Shown one piece after another: positions 40,338 to 52,400 of a stretch of DNA of 64,000 nucleotides. Position numbers and translations under genes: made by a program. This stretch comes from Lama glama. Lineage: Eukaryota. Numbering within the stretch: position 1 is the first letter of the stretch; every line of letters starts with the position of its first letter. Under the pieces are notes generated by a model, which made no database searches, was not told the origin of the DNA, and saw only the letters and a list, made by a program, of their open reading frames with translations. The stretch lies in the NCBI GenBank assembly GCA_028534125.1, contig CM052837.1, positions 29,698,001-29,762,000 on the forward strand, written 5' to 3'.

Positions 40338-40387
40338 GGACCTCGTGCATGCTAAGCATGCGCTCTACCACTCAGCTATACCCTCCC
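40338..40387 (-). mobile_element. 5' half of a Vic-1-type SINE
   Basis: Antisense gggagggtatagctgagtggtagagcgcatgcttagcatgcacgaggtcc; no B box or tail follows. Confidence 0.8.
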
Positions 40388-42447
40388 TTCTCAAGGGAGC
40401 TCTTGAGAGGTGCCCACATCTGGGCCCCCACCTTGGCAACAAGTGGTGACCAGAATCTGGACAAGACGCCATAAACTTGGACCCTCAGTGACCCCAGCTC
40501 CTTCTCTGCCTTCAGTGTGGTGGGGCGGGGCTCCCCTCCCAGCACAGCCCTGTTCGGGGCTCCCTCCTCCACCCCAAAGGGTATTTGCCTTCCACTTCCT
40601 TGAGTTTTTAAAGGCTCCATTAGAAACTTCTTTGTGTGTCACATTTCTGTCCGTTTATCATTTTCAATTGCCTCTTGTCTCTCTTAGCCACTCGGAAGGG
40701 GAGAAAAGGGCATTCCATAAATCTAAGGTATTATTATCGTGACGGCTCTGACACCCACCGGGCTGGGGAGCGGAGAGCCAATTAGTCAGAGAACTTACTT
40801 TTCAGGCATGAGTCACTGGAAACAGGTGTCAGGGGAGCCTTTAATGAGGCCCTCGTGACTCTGATGCTATTTCCACTCTGCATCGCCTCGTGTATCCTGT
40901 ACGGAGGGGGCCCCGCCTCCCCCCAGAGAGAAATGGAAAGAGAAAGGTACTTGGAAGCCCTGGTGCCCCAAGTTAAAAGCAAAAGCCTTTCTACTTTCTG
41001 GTCCTTTTACTTGTTTCCCTTTGTTCTTTCACTCATCCCACCAAGGTTTGAGTACCTACTGGGTGCCAGGCACTGAGCTAGGTGCTGGGAGTCAGCCGTG
41101 AGCTGTGTGGCCGAGCCCCTGCCAGGACAGCATGGAGCTCCTTGGGCAGGAGATGGACAACGAGCCAGTAGCAGAGAAATAAAAAAGGCAATTTCAGGGC
41201 TCATCAGTGGATGGAGAAGACAAGCTGGGACAGAGAGAGAGCGGTGGTGGGGGTGCTGGAGCGGATCCTATACAGAGGTGGTCACGAGGGGATGGGAAGG
41301 AGCCCGCCACGCTGGGTTCTGTGGGAAGGGTGTTCCCGGCAGGCGGATCTGACTGTGTGACGCCCCGGGGTGGGAATGGGCTGGGTGCCTCAGAAGGGCA
41401 GTTCGGAGGTCAGCGTGGCTGCGTGGAGTGAGCAAGAGAGAGACAGGTGGGAGATGGGGCTGGAGAAGGGGCAGGCCCAGGCCATGCTGGGCATTTGGGT
41501 TTTATTCTCAGTGTGACGGATGCCACTGTGGGCTTAGGCAGGGCCGAGAGGGGGTCAGATTTGTTTTACAGCTTGCTTTGTGCAGCCGGCTGAGAGGAGG
41601 GGCCTGGGCCGGGGCAGAGACAGCAGGGGGCTGGGATGAAGAAGAAAGCGTGCTGCTGTATCTGAGGGTGAGGATGGGCATGGGGGTGAGGCAAGCTCCC
41701 CAGACCGGCACAGAGGGGTTCTGATCCCTGCGAGCTGAGTAAATCTGGTGGGCTGGCCTGGGGTTCCCTCTCTACCACACTTTACCCACACTACACGAGG
41801 TCTGGTGGTGCTCCTGGCCGGAAGGGTGCTCTGGAGGTCTTTGGGCGGCGCAGGGAGGCCTTTGGGGGCTTCAGACTGTGCTCTCCGATGGCCCAGAGCA
41901 CTGTGGTCCACCCTCCCAAAGCATCAACCTAATGTAATCTAGGTTTACATTTAGGTGAATGTAAATGGTAAATGGTTTCAAGCATTTTTTTCCCCAAATA
42001 TTAAAATGAATGTGGAGTAGAATAAAAAAATCCACACTACTCTTTTTTTTTTTTTTAAAGATAAAGTTAACTGATTTCACCTTTGAGTCAGCAATGCTGA
42101 CTTGGTGTCCACTTGGCTGTTAGGGGTGCCTTGGGGGAAAAGTTTGAGATACAGGCCTTAAGGTACAAAGGAGGACAGCGGATGGGAGAGACGGGACGGG
42201 GCTAAAGAGAGGCCCAGAGGCGAGAGGAATCAGAGAAAGAAGAACGAGGGACTGCAGTATTTAGCAGTAATTTCCCCAAAGGTCTCTGCCCTCTCTCTTC
42301 TCCTCCATCCCCATCAGGCGTGAAGGACCCAAGGAAACAGGCCCTTTTACTTCTGGTACCCACACTGGCTGGCCTTGCAGGGAAGTGCAGTTTCCTCTCC
42401 TAAGAGAGCCCCATGGAAGGCTTTTTCTTTCTGTTTCACCAGCTTTC

Positions 42448-42453
42448 TTTAAT
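42448..42453 (-). other. Probable KCNG1 polyadenylation signal (ATTAAA)
   Basis: ATTAAA on the minus strand ~400 nt after the KCNG1 stop codon; position is plausible but unverified. Confidence 0.45.
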
Positions 42454-42854
42454 TGCACGTGGTCCACACTCAAGACAGACATGCAGCTGCTGACGTTGTG
42501 TTTTCTCTCCAGGCAGCCCCATGGAGCAAGTCTCTGCTAGGCAAGTTATTTACACGGCGGGAAGAACAAGCCATCTCCTTATAAGGGAAACAGGTATGGG
42601 GGCTGGGGCGGGCAGAGGGGCCATCAGGGCCGTGTGCTGGGCTTCACTTCTGGGCACGGAGGACCAGGGACCCCCTGTGGATGGTGGAGCATCCTCCCTG
42701 GGGTGTGGCTCGGTCCCTCCTATGCCAGGGCTGTGCTCCGAAGCAGCACGTGCCTTTGAAGGCTTCGGTAGTGATGGCGATGGCTTCAGGCCACGGAGGG
42801 CGGGCAGGGCTGGGGGGCGTCCTGGTGGTGGTGGTGGGGGGGTGTCGTCTGGGC

Positions 42855-43625
42855 TCAGTTGTTGTCTCTGGTGTCCGAGGAGGCACTTCCAAACAAGATG
42901 TCACTGTCGTGNNNNNNNNNNNNNNNNNNNNNNNNNNNNNNNNNNNNNNNNNNNNNNNNNNNNNNNNNNNNNNNNNNNNNNNNNNNNNNNNNNNNNNNNN
43001 NNNNNNNNNNNNNNNNNNNNNNNNNNNNNNNNNNNNNNNNNNNCATGAGGAGGATGCCGCTGAGGATGCTGCTGAGCGCCACCACCTGGCCGGGCGTGNN
43101 NNNNNNNNNNNNNNNNNNNNNNNNNNNNNNNNNNNNNNNNNNNNNNNNNNNNNNNNNNNNNNNNNNNNNNNNNNNNNNNNNNNNNNNNNNNNNNNNNNNN
43201 NNNNNNNNNNNNNNNNNNNNNNNNNNNNNNNNNNNNNNNNNNNNNNNNNNNNNNNNNNNNNNNNNNNNNNNNNNNNNNNNNNNNNNNNNNNNNNNNNNNN
43301 NNNNNNNNNNNNNNNNNNNNNNNNNNNNNNNNNNNNNNNTGACATACAGGATGCGCAGCGCCCGCAGGACCCGCAGCACCAGCCCCACCTTGTCCAGGTA
43401 GCTGTTGCCCGTGCCNNNNNNNNNNNNNNNNNNNNNNNNNNNNNNNNNNNNNNNNNNNNNNNNNNNNNNNNNNNNNNNNNNNNNNNNNNNNNNNNNNNNN
43501 NNNNNNNNNNNNNNNNNNNNNNNNNNNNNNNNNNNNNNNNNNNNNNNGAGGAACTCGAGGGAGAACCAGCCTACGCACACGGACTCCACGATGAAGATGT
43601 TGTGGCACATCTGGGAGCACTGGCC
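42855..43625 (-). CDS. KCNG1: KCNG1 (Kv6.1) last coding exon (S2-S6 and C-terminus), partly N-masked
   Basis: Acceptor ctgtcccag|GGC. Readable pieces GQCSQMCHNIFIVESVCVGWFSLEFL, GTGNSYLDKVGLVLRVLRALRILYV (S4), TPGQVVALSSILSGILLM (S6) and HDSDILFGSASSDTRDNN-stop, all in one frame across three N-runs. Confidence 0.96.
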   Translation of the reverse strand, partial: GQCSQMCHNIFIVESVCVGWFSLEFLXXXXXXXXXXXXXXXXXXXXXXXXXXXXXXXXXXXXXXXXXXXXGTGNSYLDKVGLVLRVLRALRILYVXXXXXXXXXXXXXXXXXXXXXXXXXXXXXXXXXXXXXXXXXXXXXXXXXXXXXXXXXXXXXXXXXXXXXXXXXXXXXXXXXTPGQVVALSSILSGILLMXXXXXXXXXXXXXXXXXXXXXXXXXXXXXXXXXXXXXXXXXXXXHDSDILFGSASSDTRDNN

Positions 43626-43967
43626 CTGGGACAGAGGGGAGAGGTCACGGGAGAGGTCAGCACGGAGCTCTGTCCTGGGTGGGGTGCTGGGCTACCTCGG
43701 TGAAAGGTGGTCTGGGCACGATGCCTGTCTCGGCCTGTCCCTGCCCAGCAGCCATGGGTCCTCTCTCTCTAGTTATGCTTGCTCCCTGGGTGATCCTGTC
43801 CAGCCCAGGGCTTGAAGCACCATCTTGACACTGACCACTTCTAACCTCTCTCCAGCCCAGACCTCGACCCTGAACTCCACACCCCAGACAGGCTGCCTCC
43901 GTGGGTGTCTGATAGGTATCTCAGACTCATCGTGTCCCCAAAATGGCTCCTGATTTCTTTCTGTTTA

Positions 43968-44156
43968 ACATTAATTTTTATTGAGATGTGATTGACATAT
44001 AACACAGTGTACAAATTTAAGGCATACAACTAGTTGATTTGATACATTTATATATTCCAACATGATTATCACATAGCGTTAGCTAATGCCTCTATCACAT
44101 CACATGATTATCATTTTGTGTGTGTGTGTGTTGGAGAACATTTACCATCTAGTCTC
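43968..44156 (-). mobile_element. LINE-1 3' end fragment
   Basis: ttttattgagatgtgattgacatataaca...tttaaggcatacaac...ttatcatttt motifs. Confidence 0.7.
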
Positions 44157-47100
44157 TTTGGGCTCCTGGTTGCCTGCACACCCACTCACCTGTGGGTTCC
44201 TTTTTTAGCGATCAGCAATCCCATTTTTCTGGTTGCTCAGGACAGACCTGGCCTCATCCTGACACCTCTCATATAATCCTCACAAAATCCCATTCGCTCT
44301 TCATTTAAAATGATTCCAGAATCAAACTATTTCTCACTACGTCCACTGGCCCAACCTTGATCCAGCCACCATCCTCTCTGCAACTGGCACCTCCTCCCTG
44401 GGTGCCCTGGTCCCTTTGGTCTCTTTTGCACACACAGCCAGAGGGACTCAGAACAAGAATCAGATCCTGCCCCTCCTTGCTGAGCATCCTCCATGGCTCA
44501 GGGAGGTAGCTCAAGCCCCACCTGGGGCTCATCTGGCCAGGGCACCACCTCTCCCACTTCCTCGCCCCCTGCCTGCCTAGCTCACCTGCTCCAGCCCCCG
44601 GGGCCTCCTCACTGTCCCTCCAATACCCTGGGCTCACCCTCCAGCTCGGCCTTGACTTTCTGCTTCCCTGTAGGATTCCCCTTCCCCTAGACATCCCGTC
44701 ACTCTGCCCTCCCTTCCTCCAGCTCTTTGCTTCCCTGTCGCCTTCCCAGGGTGGCCCTGTGTGACCTGCTGTTTAAAAACTCCCCTCTTCCTTTGTTCAG
44801 TAACCTGATTCCCTGTATCCTGCTCTGCTTGTTCATAATGCTCATCATCTTTTAATACGCTTTATAAGTTACTTATTTTTCATGTTTATTGTCTATCTCA
44901 GCCCCATCCCACTTCCTGCCCTCCTGCCCCCTTGCCCCAGAAAACTGTAGCCCTACAGGGCAGGACAGTCTGTGTACTGTTCGCTCTAGGGAACCCAGTG
45001 CCTGGAAAGGCCCGGCACGTGGCAGGTGATCAATTCATATTTGTTACCAGCATGGATGGAAGAGCCCTAGACTCGTGCTTAGACGGGATGCTGAGTCAAG
45101 GCCAGGCAGGCAAAGGGAAAAATGGGAGAGGTGGGCCAGGTCGGGTGGAGGCGGTGTCCTCCTGCTCAGCGCCCCCGATGACTGCCCCAGGTGAATCCAA
45201 TCTTGTGGTTGGAAGTTTTCAGAGAGGCTGCAGTTTTATATGAAATCTCCTGAGTTTTACATGTTTTGATAATTCAATACAAAGAAACCACTCTAGGGGC
45301 CACTCAAACACATTTGTGTGCCCCATTTGCCACACAGGCTGCCAGCTTGTCGCTCTAGTCTGCAATATATCTGGACGGTGGACCGTCCCCAGTGGGTTTG
45401 GACCTCAACCTCAAGAGGACCTTTGGCAGAGAGGGAAGGCAGAAACGGTTCTGGCCTGGGGCATCTTGCCGGTTCCTGGGCACAGCTGGCTTCTACCAGA
45501 CCTGCTATAAGAGCTTTTCTCTAGGAATATGTTAGAGTCTGGAAAGATGAACTAATAATGGGTGAGGTTTTGAGGCCTCAGACTTCTTGGACAGGAAGCC
45601 CCCTCCTCTGGGAAGCCTTCCTGGAATGCGTCCCCTACGGGTATCCTCAGCACAGTTTGTTGGCCTCTCACAAGAGCCCCTCGGCTTGTGTCTCATACTT
45701 ATAGTCACTGGAGTGTCACTGTCCTCTTCTCCATCCCCCAAATAGACTTGAGGCTCCTTGAAGCTGGAAGACTCATTCTGGTCACCCTGTCTGCCCTCTG
45801 GTGCTTAAATACAGAAGGTACTCAACTATGTGCTCAACTGAAAGTGAATTCCAGTGGTCTCTCAAATGAAGTCAAAGAATGGCATTTTCACTGAATCCTG
45901 AACAAGGCTGGGTATTTTTTTAAGCAAATATCAGAAGTTGAATAAAACTGGCCGTATCATTATTTTCCTGATAAAATTAGGATGGCATATGTTGGCGCTA
46001 ACAGGATATCTACACTAAATACAGGTACTTCCAGACAGGTGTCAAATGACAAGCTTCTTCCCTCTCTTCGTTTGGCAGGCACATAGCATCCTTACAGTTA
46101 GCGCTTCCTGCTTGCGTATTGCCAGGCATTATCCACTCACTTCCCATAGACTCACTCATCGAATCCTCACAGCACTGTGCAGTGAGCCTGTTCACAGCCC
46201 CTTGGACGCGCTGGGAAACTGAGGCACAGAGCGGTTAAGTAACTTGCCTACAGATACACAACCAGATGAAGTACGATTCAAATTCAGGCCATCTGGCTCT
46301 AGCCCTGCCCCCATCATCACTACCCTATATGCTTCTCAAAAGTTCATTTTACTGGTTGAGAGCTGTTTTCTCAATGCTGGTTTTAAAAATTCAATGTATT
46401 TTTTAAAAAGCACCAGAGACTCCCTGTGAGTTATAAATGCAACACTATTGCTACTTTTCCATAATATATGTGTGCAGAAAAACCCTCACGTGGTGAGCTG
46501 TTCCAATGTTAGATCCGAGAGTTCATGTAAAGTGCTTAGCACATGCAGGGTACACAGCCAGTGCTCAATAAATGCTGGCTGGCATGACATTTATGTTGAG
46601 TTCATATTGCCATACCTATTTCTCCTGTTGGTACCTGTCTGAACCTTTCTGCCTGTCTTGAGACTTCCAGATCCCCCCACGTTGGGGGGAAAGGGTCCCA
46701 ACTCAAAGGCTAGAGGGTCTCATACACAAGGAGGCTGAACCGGGGAACACACATCTCGTGGACTCAGCTCCCACCAAGAGCTGCCGTGCTGGACTGGGGG
46801 CCTGACTGTATAAATGTTAAGAGAAGCTGAGGGTTTGAATTTTTAAATGAAAAAAACATTACTTTTAAACGTTGGCAACCAAATCAAAATTTGTGGGAGC
46901 ACAGCGTGGACAAATCACACCCTTCTGCGGGGCTATGTGAGGTCCCTGGCTACCACATGGGACCCATACTTCCATGTTTAAGAAGCTAGAGTTTGGACTC
47001 GGTCAGACCTGGGTCTGGGCCAGCTGCTTTGCCTCAGCGTTCTCATCTGTCAAGTGGGTATGTGAACACCTCCCATACCAGGGTGTGGGAAGACTCACTG

Positions 47101-47765
47101 AGGAGGTAAGATGCAGGCTGAGCAGCCGCCCAGCTCCTGGCTCCTATTAACTGTGTGCTAATTGAGCACACACTCTGGCAGGCCCTGGAGGAACTGCTTT
47201 ACCAGTATTCTCTTATTTAACAGAAAAAATTGCTCACTATTTGAGTGCACACACATACTTACCATTAAAAATTATATTCAGGACCCAGAAAATGTTTCTG
47301 GGATATTTTTATACAAAGGAATCAGGAAAGTTGAGCTGAGAAAGGATGGAAGATAGTGAAATTAATTTTGATGGTATCTGGTTTATGTCATGTGCTTGGG
47401 GCCAGTCATATCATAAATCACATTGTCCGTTCACTCATTCATTCAGCAGAGAGTGGTCCAGTGCCTCCTCCATGCTGGACAATGCTGGGGTGAGGGGGGA
47501 CGGGGCACAGCATAGACCTGAATGAGCAGGCCGTTCAAGTTTGAATGTGGAGATGGACAACACCCATGTAAACACAATGTCAGGAGGGACCAGGATGCTA
47601 CTCAGCCAGTGCAGTCAGGGAAGGCCTCCTGGAGGAGGTGGCAGTGCAGGTGAGAAGGATGTGGACTTCTGGGATGAGAGTGATCCTGCAGACTGTTTAG
47701 TTTCTGTCCTCGGAGACCTTCCCTGGCTGCAGCCAGCCTCCCCGCACACAGCTGCGGGCTCTTAC

Positions 47766-48539
47766 CTGCTCCTCCTCCTCCCTCAGGCTGGGCAAGGTGC
47801 TGATGGAGAGGTTGACGGCGGTGACGGTGACAAAGAGCACCGACAGGCAGGCGAACACTTTCCCGGGCAGCCCCGAGTGCGGCCTCTCCACCATGTCGCG
47901 CAGTCTCCGCATGCAGCGGCCCAGGCGGCCCTCGCCCTCCGCCGGGCCCTCGCTGTCGGGGTCCTCGCTGTCCAGCGCGTCCTCCTCGTCCTCCCGCTCC
48001 ACCATCTCCGCGAACTCCTCGATCTTCTGCAGGTAGCGGCGCTTGCAGCAGCCGTCCAGGTGGTCCTCGGCGATGCCCCAGTAGAGCAGCTCCTCCTGGA
48101 AGGACANNNNNNNNNNNNNNNNNNNNNNNNNNNNNNNNNNNNNNNNNNNNNNNNNNNNNNNNNNNNNNNNNNNNNNNNNNNNNNNNNNNNNNNNNNNNNN
48201 NNNNNNNNNNNNNNNNNNNNNNNNNNNNNNNNNNNNNNNNNNNNNNNNNNNNNNNNNNNNNNNNNNNNNNNNNNNNNNNNNNNNNNGGAACTCCTCCAGC
48301 GTGGTCCAGGGCAGCGAGTACTTGATGCCACCCACGTTGATGATGATCTGCCGCCTGCGGTCCTCGGGCTGGCCGCCCTGGCGGGGCTCGTCCTGCGGCC
48401 GCAGCCGCTGGGCCCGGCGGTAGAAGACGCCCTTGAGCGACTGGCTCTGCGGGAAGAAGGCCGGGTGGAAGGAGGCGTCGGAGGCGCAGCTCAGCGCGCT
48501 GTAGTCGTAGTCAGAGTTGTCTCCCGGTAAGAGGGTCAT
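47766..48539 (-). CDS. KCNG1: KCNG1 first coding exon (N-terminus, T1 domain, S1), partly N-masked
   Basis: MTLLPGDNSDYDYSALSC...IIINVGGIKYSLPWTTL...SFQEELLYWG...MVERPHSGLPGKVFACLSVLFVTVTAVNLS...EEEEQ. Phase-0 donor CAG|gtaag at 47765. Exon acceptor ttctccccgccag| places the exon start at 48565. Confidence 0.97.
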
Positions 48540-48639
48540 TTTGGGCCTTCACATCCCTCTCAGGCCTGGCGGGGAGAAGAGGGGAAAGACCCTCAGTGAT
48601 TCCCGACTCTCAGCGGACAGTGCTGACTCTGCAGGCATT

Positions 48640-49001
48640 TGCTGCGACAGGCTCAACTGCATTCCCCCCAATTCACAGGGGGAAGCCCTAACCTCCAATG
48701 GGATGCTATTAAGAGGTGGGGCCATTGGAGATTAGGTTTCCACGAAGTCATGAAGGTGGCGCCGCATGGTGGCATTAGTGCCCTTATAAGGAGCAGAAGA
48801 GACATGGAGCTCGCTCTCTCTCCACCACATGAGGGCACAGTGAGAATGTGGCCGTCCGCAAGCCAGGAAGAGAGCCCTCATCGGAACTGACCACATGGCG
48901 CCCTTATCCGGGACTCCCAGCCTCCAGGGCTGTGAGCAGTAAATGCCTGCTGCAGAAGTGACCCAGCCCAGGAGTTTTGTTACAGCAGCTCGAGCTAAGA
49001 C
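48640..49001 (+). mobile_element. MLT1A-type MaLR LTR immediately upstream of the KCNG1 exon acceptor
   Basis: gaagccctaacctccaat...ggcattagtgcccttataag...gcaagccaggaagagagccctca...tttgttacagcagc..gagctaagaca. Confidence 0.8.
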
Positions 49002-49298
49002 ATTCACTGAAGAGTGAAGACAGCAACACTGTCATTCAGCATCTCCTAAACGTCACGGTTCCTCCACATCACTTACACCACACCCCTCACGCCACAGAAA
49101 TATACTGGGTGCTACTGGGGGCCAGGCATTGAGCACTGGGGGTTCACAGACATGTACAGAAGCAGACGTGGTCTCTGACCCCACAGAGCTGACAACCTAG
49201 TGGACCGTCATGCAATATCTGTACTGTTATCTACTTAGCACTTTGTTTGCCTAACGTTTTTGGTATTTATTTAGTTTTGAAAGCAGTTTAGTGTAGAC

Positions 49299-49491
49299 CA
49301 GTAGTTCTTAGCCAGGGCTGATTGTCTCCTGGGGGACGTGTGGCAATGTCTAGGGGCATTTTTGGTTGTCATGACTGGTAGATGCTACTGGCATTGAGCA
49401 GACAGGGGCTGAAGCTGCTGCTAAAAATGCTATGATGCACATGACAGACTCAGGCCCCCGGTGTCCAAAGTGCCAAGGCGGAGAAGCTCTG
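49299..49491 (+). mobile_element. MER20-like DNA transposon
   Basis: cagtagttct...ggcaatgtct...tttttggttgtcatgactgg...gctactggcatt. Confidence 0.7.
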
Positions 49492-52400
49492 GTGTTGTGG
49501 TTACACATGCAGACTTCGGATCCATGTGGCTTGGTTAAGTTACTCAACCTTAATGTGTTTCAATGTCCTCATCTGTAATACGGGTATAACCACATGACCT
49601 ACTTCACAGGATTACTGAGAGGACTCACTGAATTATGTACATAAGACCACTTAATACACTGGCTGGGCCATGGGAGATACTCAATATTTGCTGTCTACTG
49701 TTACTAATAGTATTTAACACAAAGGGACACCTTGCATTCCTTCCATATGTGGAAAACTGGTATCACTTGCCATAAATAAGAGAGTGTCCAAAAAACGGCA
49801 CAGTGATCACAACAGTGCTGTGTTTGCTCATATCTCAGCAAACATCATCCTGAGGCTACAGGAGTGAATTGGGCAGGCATGCTCACTCCTCCAGGAAGCC
49901 TTCCTTGGCTCTTCCAGCTAAATCAAGAGTTATCCCCACCCCTATTTATCTTCACTCTACTTGCCACCCTGTTTCAGAATTGTCTGTGTGCCAGCCAGGC
50001 TCCTTCAGGAGACTGCTGGCTCCCTGGGGGAGGAAAGTGCTTTTCTCATCTCTCAGTCCCTGTGCCCAGCAGCAGAAAAGCGCCAAGTGCTCGACAAATG
50101 AGTCCATTTCCTGTCGGGGAGGCCAACACGGTGAGGGCACTTCTGAGAAACCGAGGTCAAAATATCAGCTTACACAGACTTCTTCCTTCCCAATCCTCAA
50201 AGCTAAGGGTTTGTGCTACTAGGATGAGACGGCTTATTCATTCATAGTTTGTGGGCTGCATTTGGTTCACAAATATTTTGCCCAGCTTGGAGAAGATTCT
50301 GAAAATGGAGAAATTTCATGTAAAAATTCATGTATCTTGGTTTCTCTTGAGAAATCAGATGATCTGGTAATTTGGCTTAAATTTCAGCTGAGAACTGAGT
50401 TCCCCTTTTAGGCTGGGCATGCCTGCTGCAACCTGCCACAGTTCCCACCCTGCCTTGGTGTCTTTCCAACACCCCCCTCTATGTATGTTCTCATGTATGT
50501 TTCCTTTCTGGCTCCTGGAGGCATTTGAGTTTGAGACCCCCAGACTACAGCAACAGAACTCTCCAGAATTAAGATGATCCACAGAAAAGGACCCTAATAC
50601 TTTGCTTTAAAAAAATTCACCATCCATCCCCCATGGATGCAAGTGGTACCGGCAAAGTCTATCAATTCCAAATGGAAACCCTGAGTGTCCATCTGTGCTA
50701 TGGACGTGTCCGGGGGAAACACACACACACCCTTGCGTGGATGAGAAACAGTGTTTAACAGGAGCCACAGAGATTTCCAAATTCCAAAGGGGCTCCTTCC
50801 TAACAGAAATTCTTTTACAAAAGCAAATCATCCCTCCACTTGTTCAGCTTTGGGGAAAGCTACAGTTTCACAGATCAGGTTTTGGAAAACTAGGGTACAC
50901 CTGTGTTTGAAGAAAGATGATTTGATTTTAAAGCTTTAAGAGGGTTTTTTAACTCCACCTAAAATTGGAACTCATCTCCTCAGGCAAAGCCTGCCAGAAT
51001 CCCTCGGAGAAGGATCGCTTTTAGGCACTTCATGTTAATGCTACTGCTTTTGAGCTTTGCTGCTTTATCTTTGCCACCAAAGACAAGAGATAAAAAAAAA
51101 AAAAAACCAAACCAAAAAAAAAAATTTCGACATTCTTTTTGGCAAGAATGATGATGGAGGCAGACACACTCCTCTCATCCTGCAAGCCCTGGGGCGCTCT
51201 GGTGAACTCCCTCCGCCTGTAATCACCTCTTTCCTTGCAGAATTTTCTCCTTTCAACCCTCCTCGCTTTCCGCTGGAGGGATTAACGACTCCTCATTTAT
51301 TTCTCTTGTGACCTGTGTGAGTTAAAGCCTCGGCCTCCTGCTTGGAAAGTTCTGTCTCAGGAGACTGGTAAGGAGAGGAGAGGAAAAGCATGCTTTGTTC
51401 AGGCTGCTTGTACACGGGGGGCCAGAGGTCCCTGGGGAGGGAGGCCCAGAGGCTGGAGTTTACTAAACGAAGGGTGGGCATACTTCTCCTGAGCTGGTCT
51501 AGGGGTTGCCCAGTTTGACGGGTGTGGGGCGAAGGCTCTGCATGCTCAGGTGAGGTTCATAGATCAGGCAGGCTCCGGAGTCCTGCTTCTGGAAAATAAT
51601 GCTACTTTTCACCTAGCCTGACACCCTCACAAAAAGGCTGATCTTTTTAATTTTCTCTGTAGTGTTAGGTCCGTCAGTTCTACAGCGTGGTGGAATTAAG
51701 TGATTTTGCCTCTGAGGGTCTGTATGTCTGCTGGGGACACGGAAGCCATTGGAGAAAGGGGCTGTGATGGTGGGGATGAGGAAGAGGAGTCCTGAGGGAG
51801 CTGTCATTCATTCATTCAACACTTACCACGTGTCGGACTGGGCTAGGTCTGGAGGCACAGTAGAGGATGAGACAGACCCAGCCCCTGTCCTCACAGATGT
51901 GACCTTCTCCTGGGGGAGACAGTCTCCAAATAAGTACACAGATCATTTCACGCTGTAGGCAGTGTTGTGAAAGCAACAGAACAAGGTGACAGATGGGAAA
52001 TGACTGGGGGTCAGTGTTAGCTGGAGAGGCCCAGGAGGGCTTCTCAGAGGAGGGGACCCTGGGGTAGAGCCAGCCCTGGGAGGACCTTGGGGAGTGTGTC
52101 TCAGGTGGAGGGAGTGGGAAGAGCTTGCTCCCCAGTCTGGGGATGGGCTTGGATGGTCAAAGACCAAAGGGAAGGCCAAGTGGCCAGGATGAGTGGGTGA
52201 GGGGAGGGTGGGAGAAGATGAGCGTGGGGAGGTTGGCACGAGCCAGATGGGGCTGGGTTTATTCTACGTGGGTGAGGCATCCTTGGGAGAAGAGTCAGAG
52301 TAGGCTGGGGAGACCAGGCTGGAAGCCCCTGTAGTCATTCTGGAAAGAGACCATCGAGATTTAGACCAGTGGAGGGGTCTGGAGAATTGGGTGGATTCAG

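Larger units (their letters stand above)
21063..40896 (-). pseudogene. Candidate decayed multi-exon gene of unknown identity (unitary pseudogene or derived spliced lncRNA)
   Basis: AG/GT-bounded exon-like segments at 40896-40799, 40295-40229, 38013-37955, 37516-37462, 37326-37256, 35825-35628, 33806(or 33802)-33152, 29184-29106, 26755-26642, 25846-25701, 24485-23591 and 21221-(21063 or beyond). All on one strand and outside recognisable repeats; several join into long, nearly open frames. Confidence 0.5.

Noticed and set aside
42521-48530. Plus-strand ORFs 42681-43703 and 47541-48530 and alternative-frame ORFs
   Set aside because: Antisense or alternative-frame shadows of GC-rich KCNG1 exons, inflated by N-runs.
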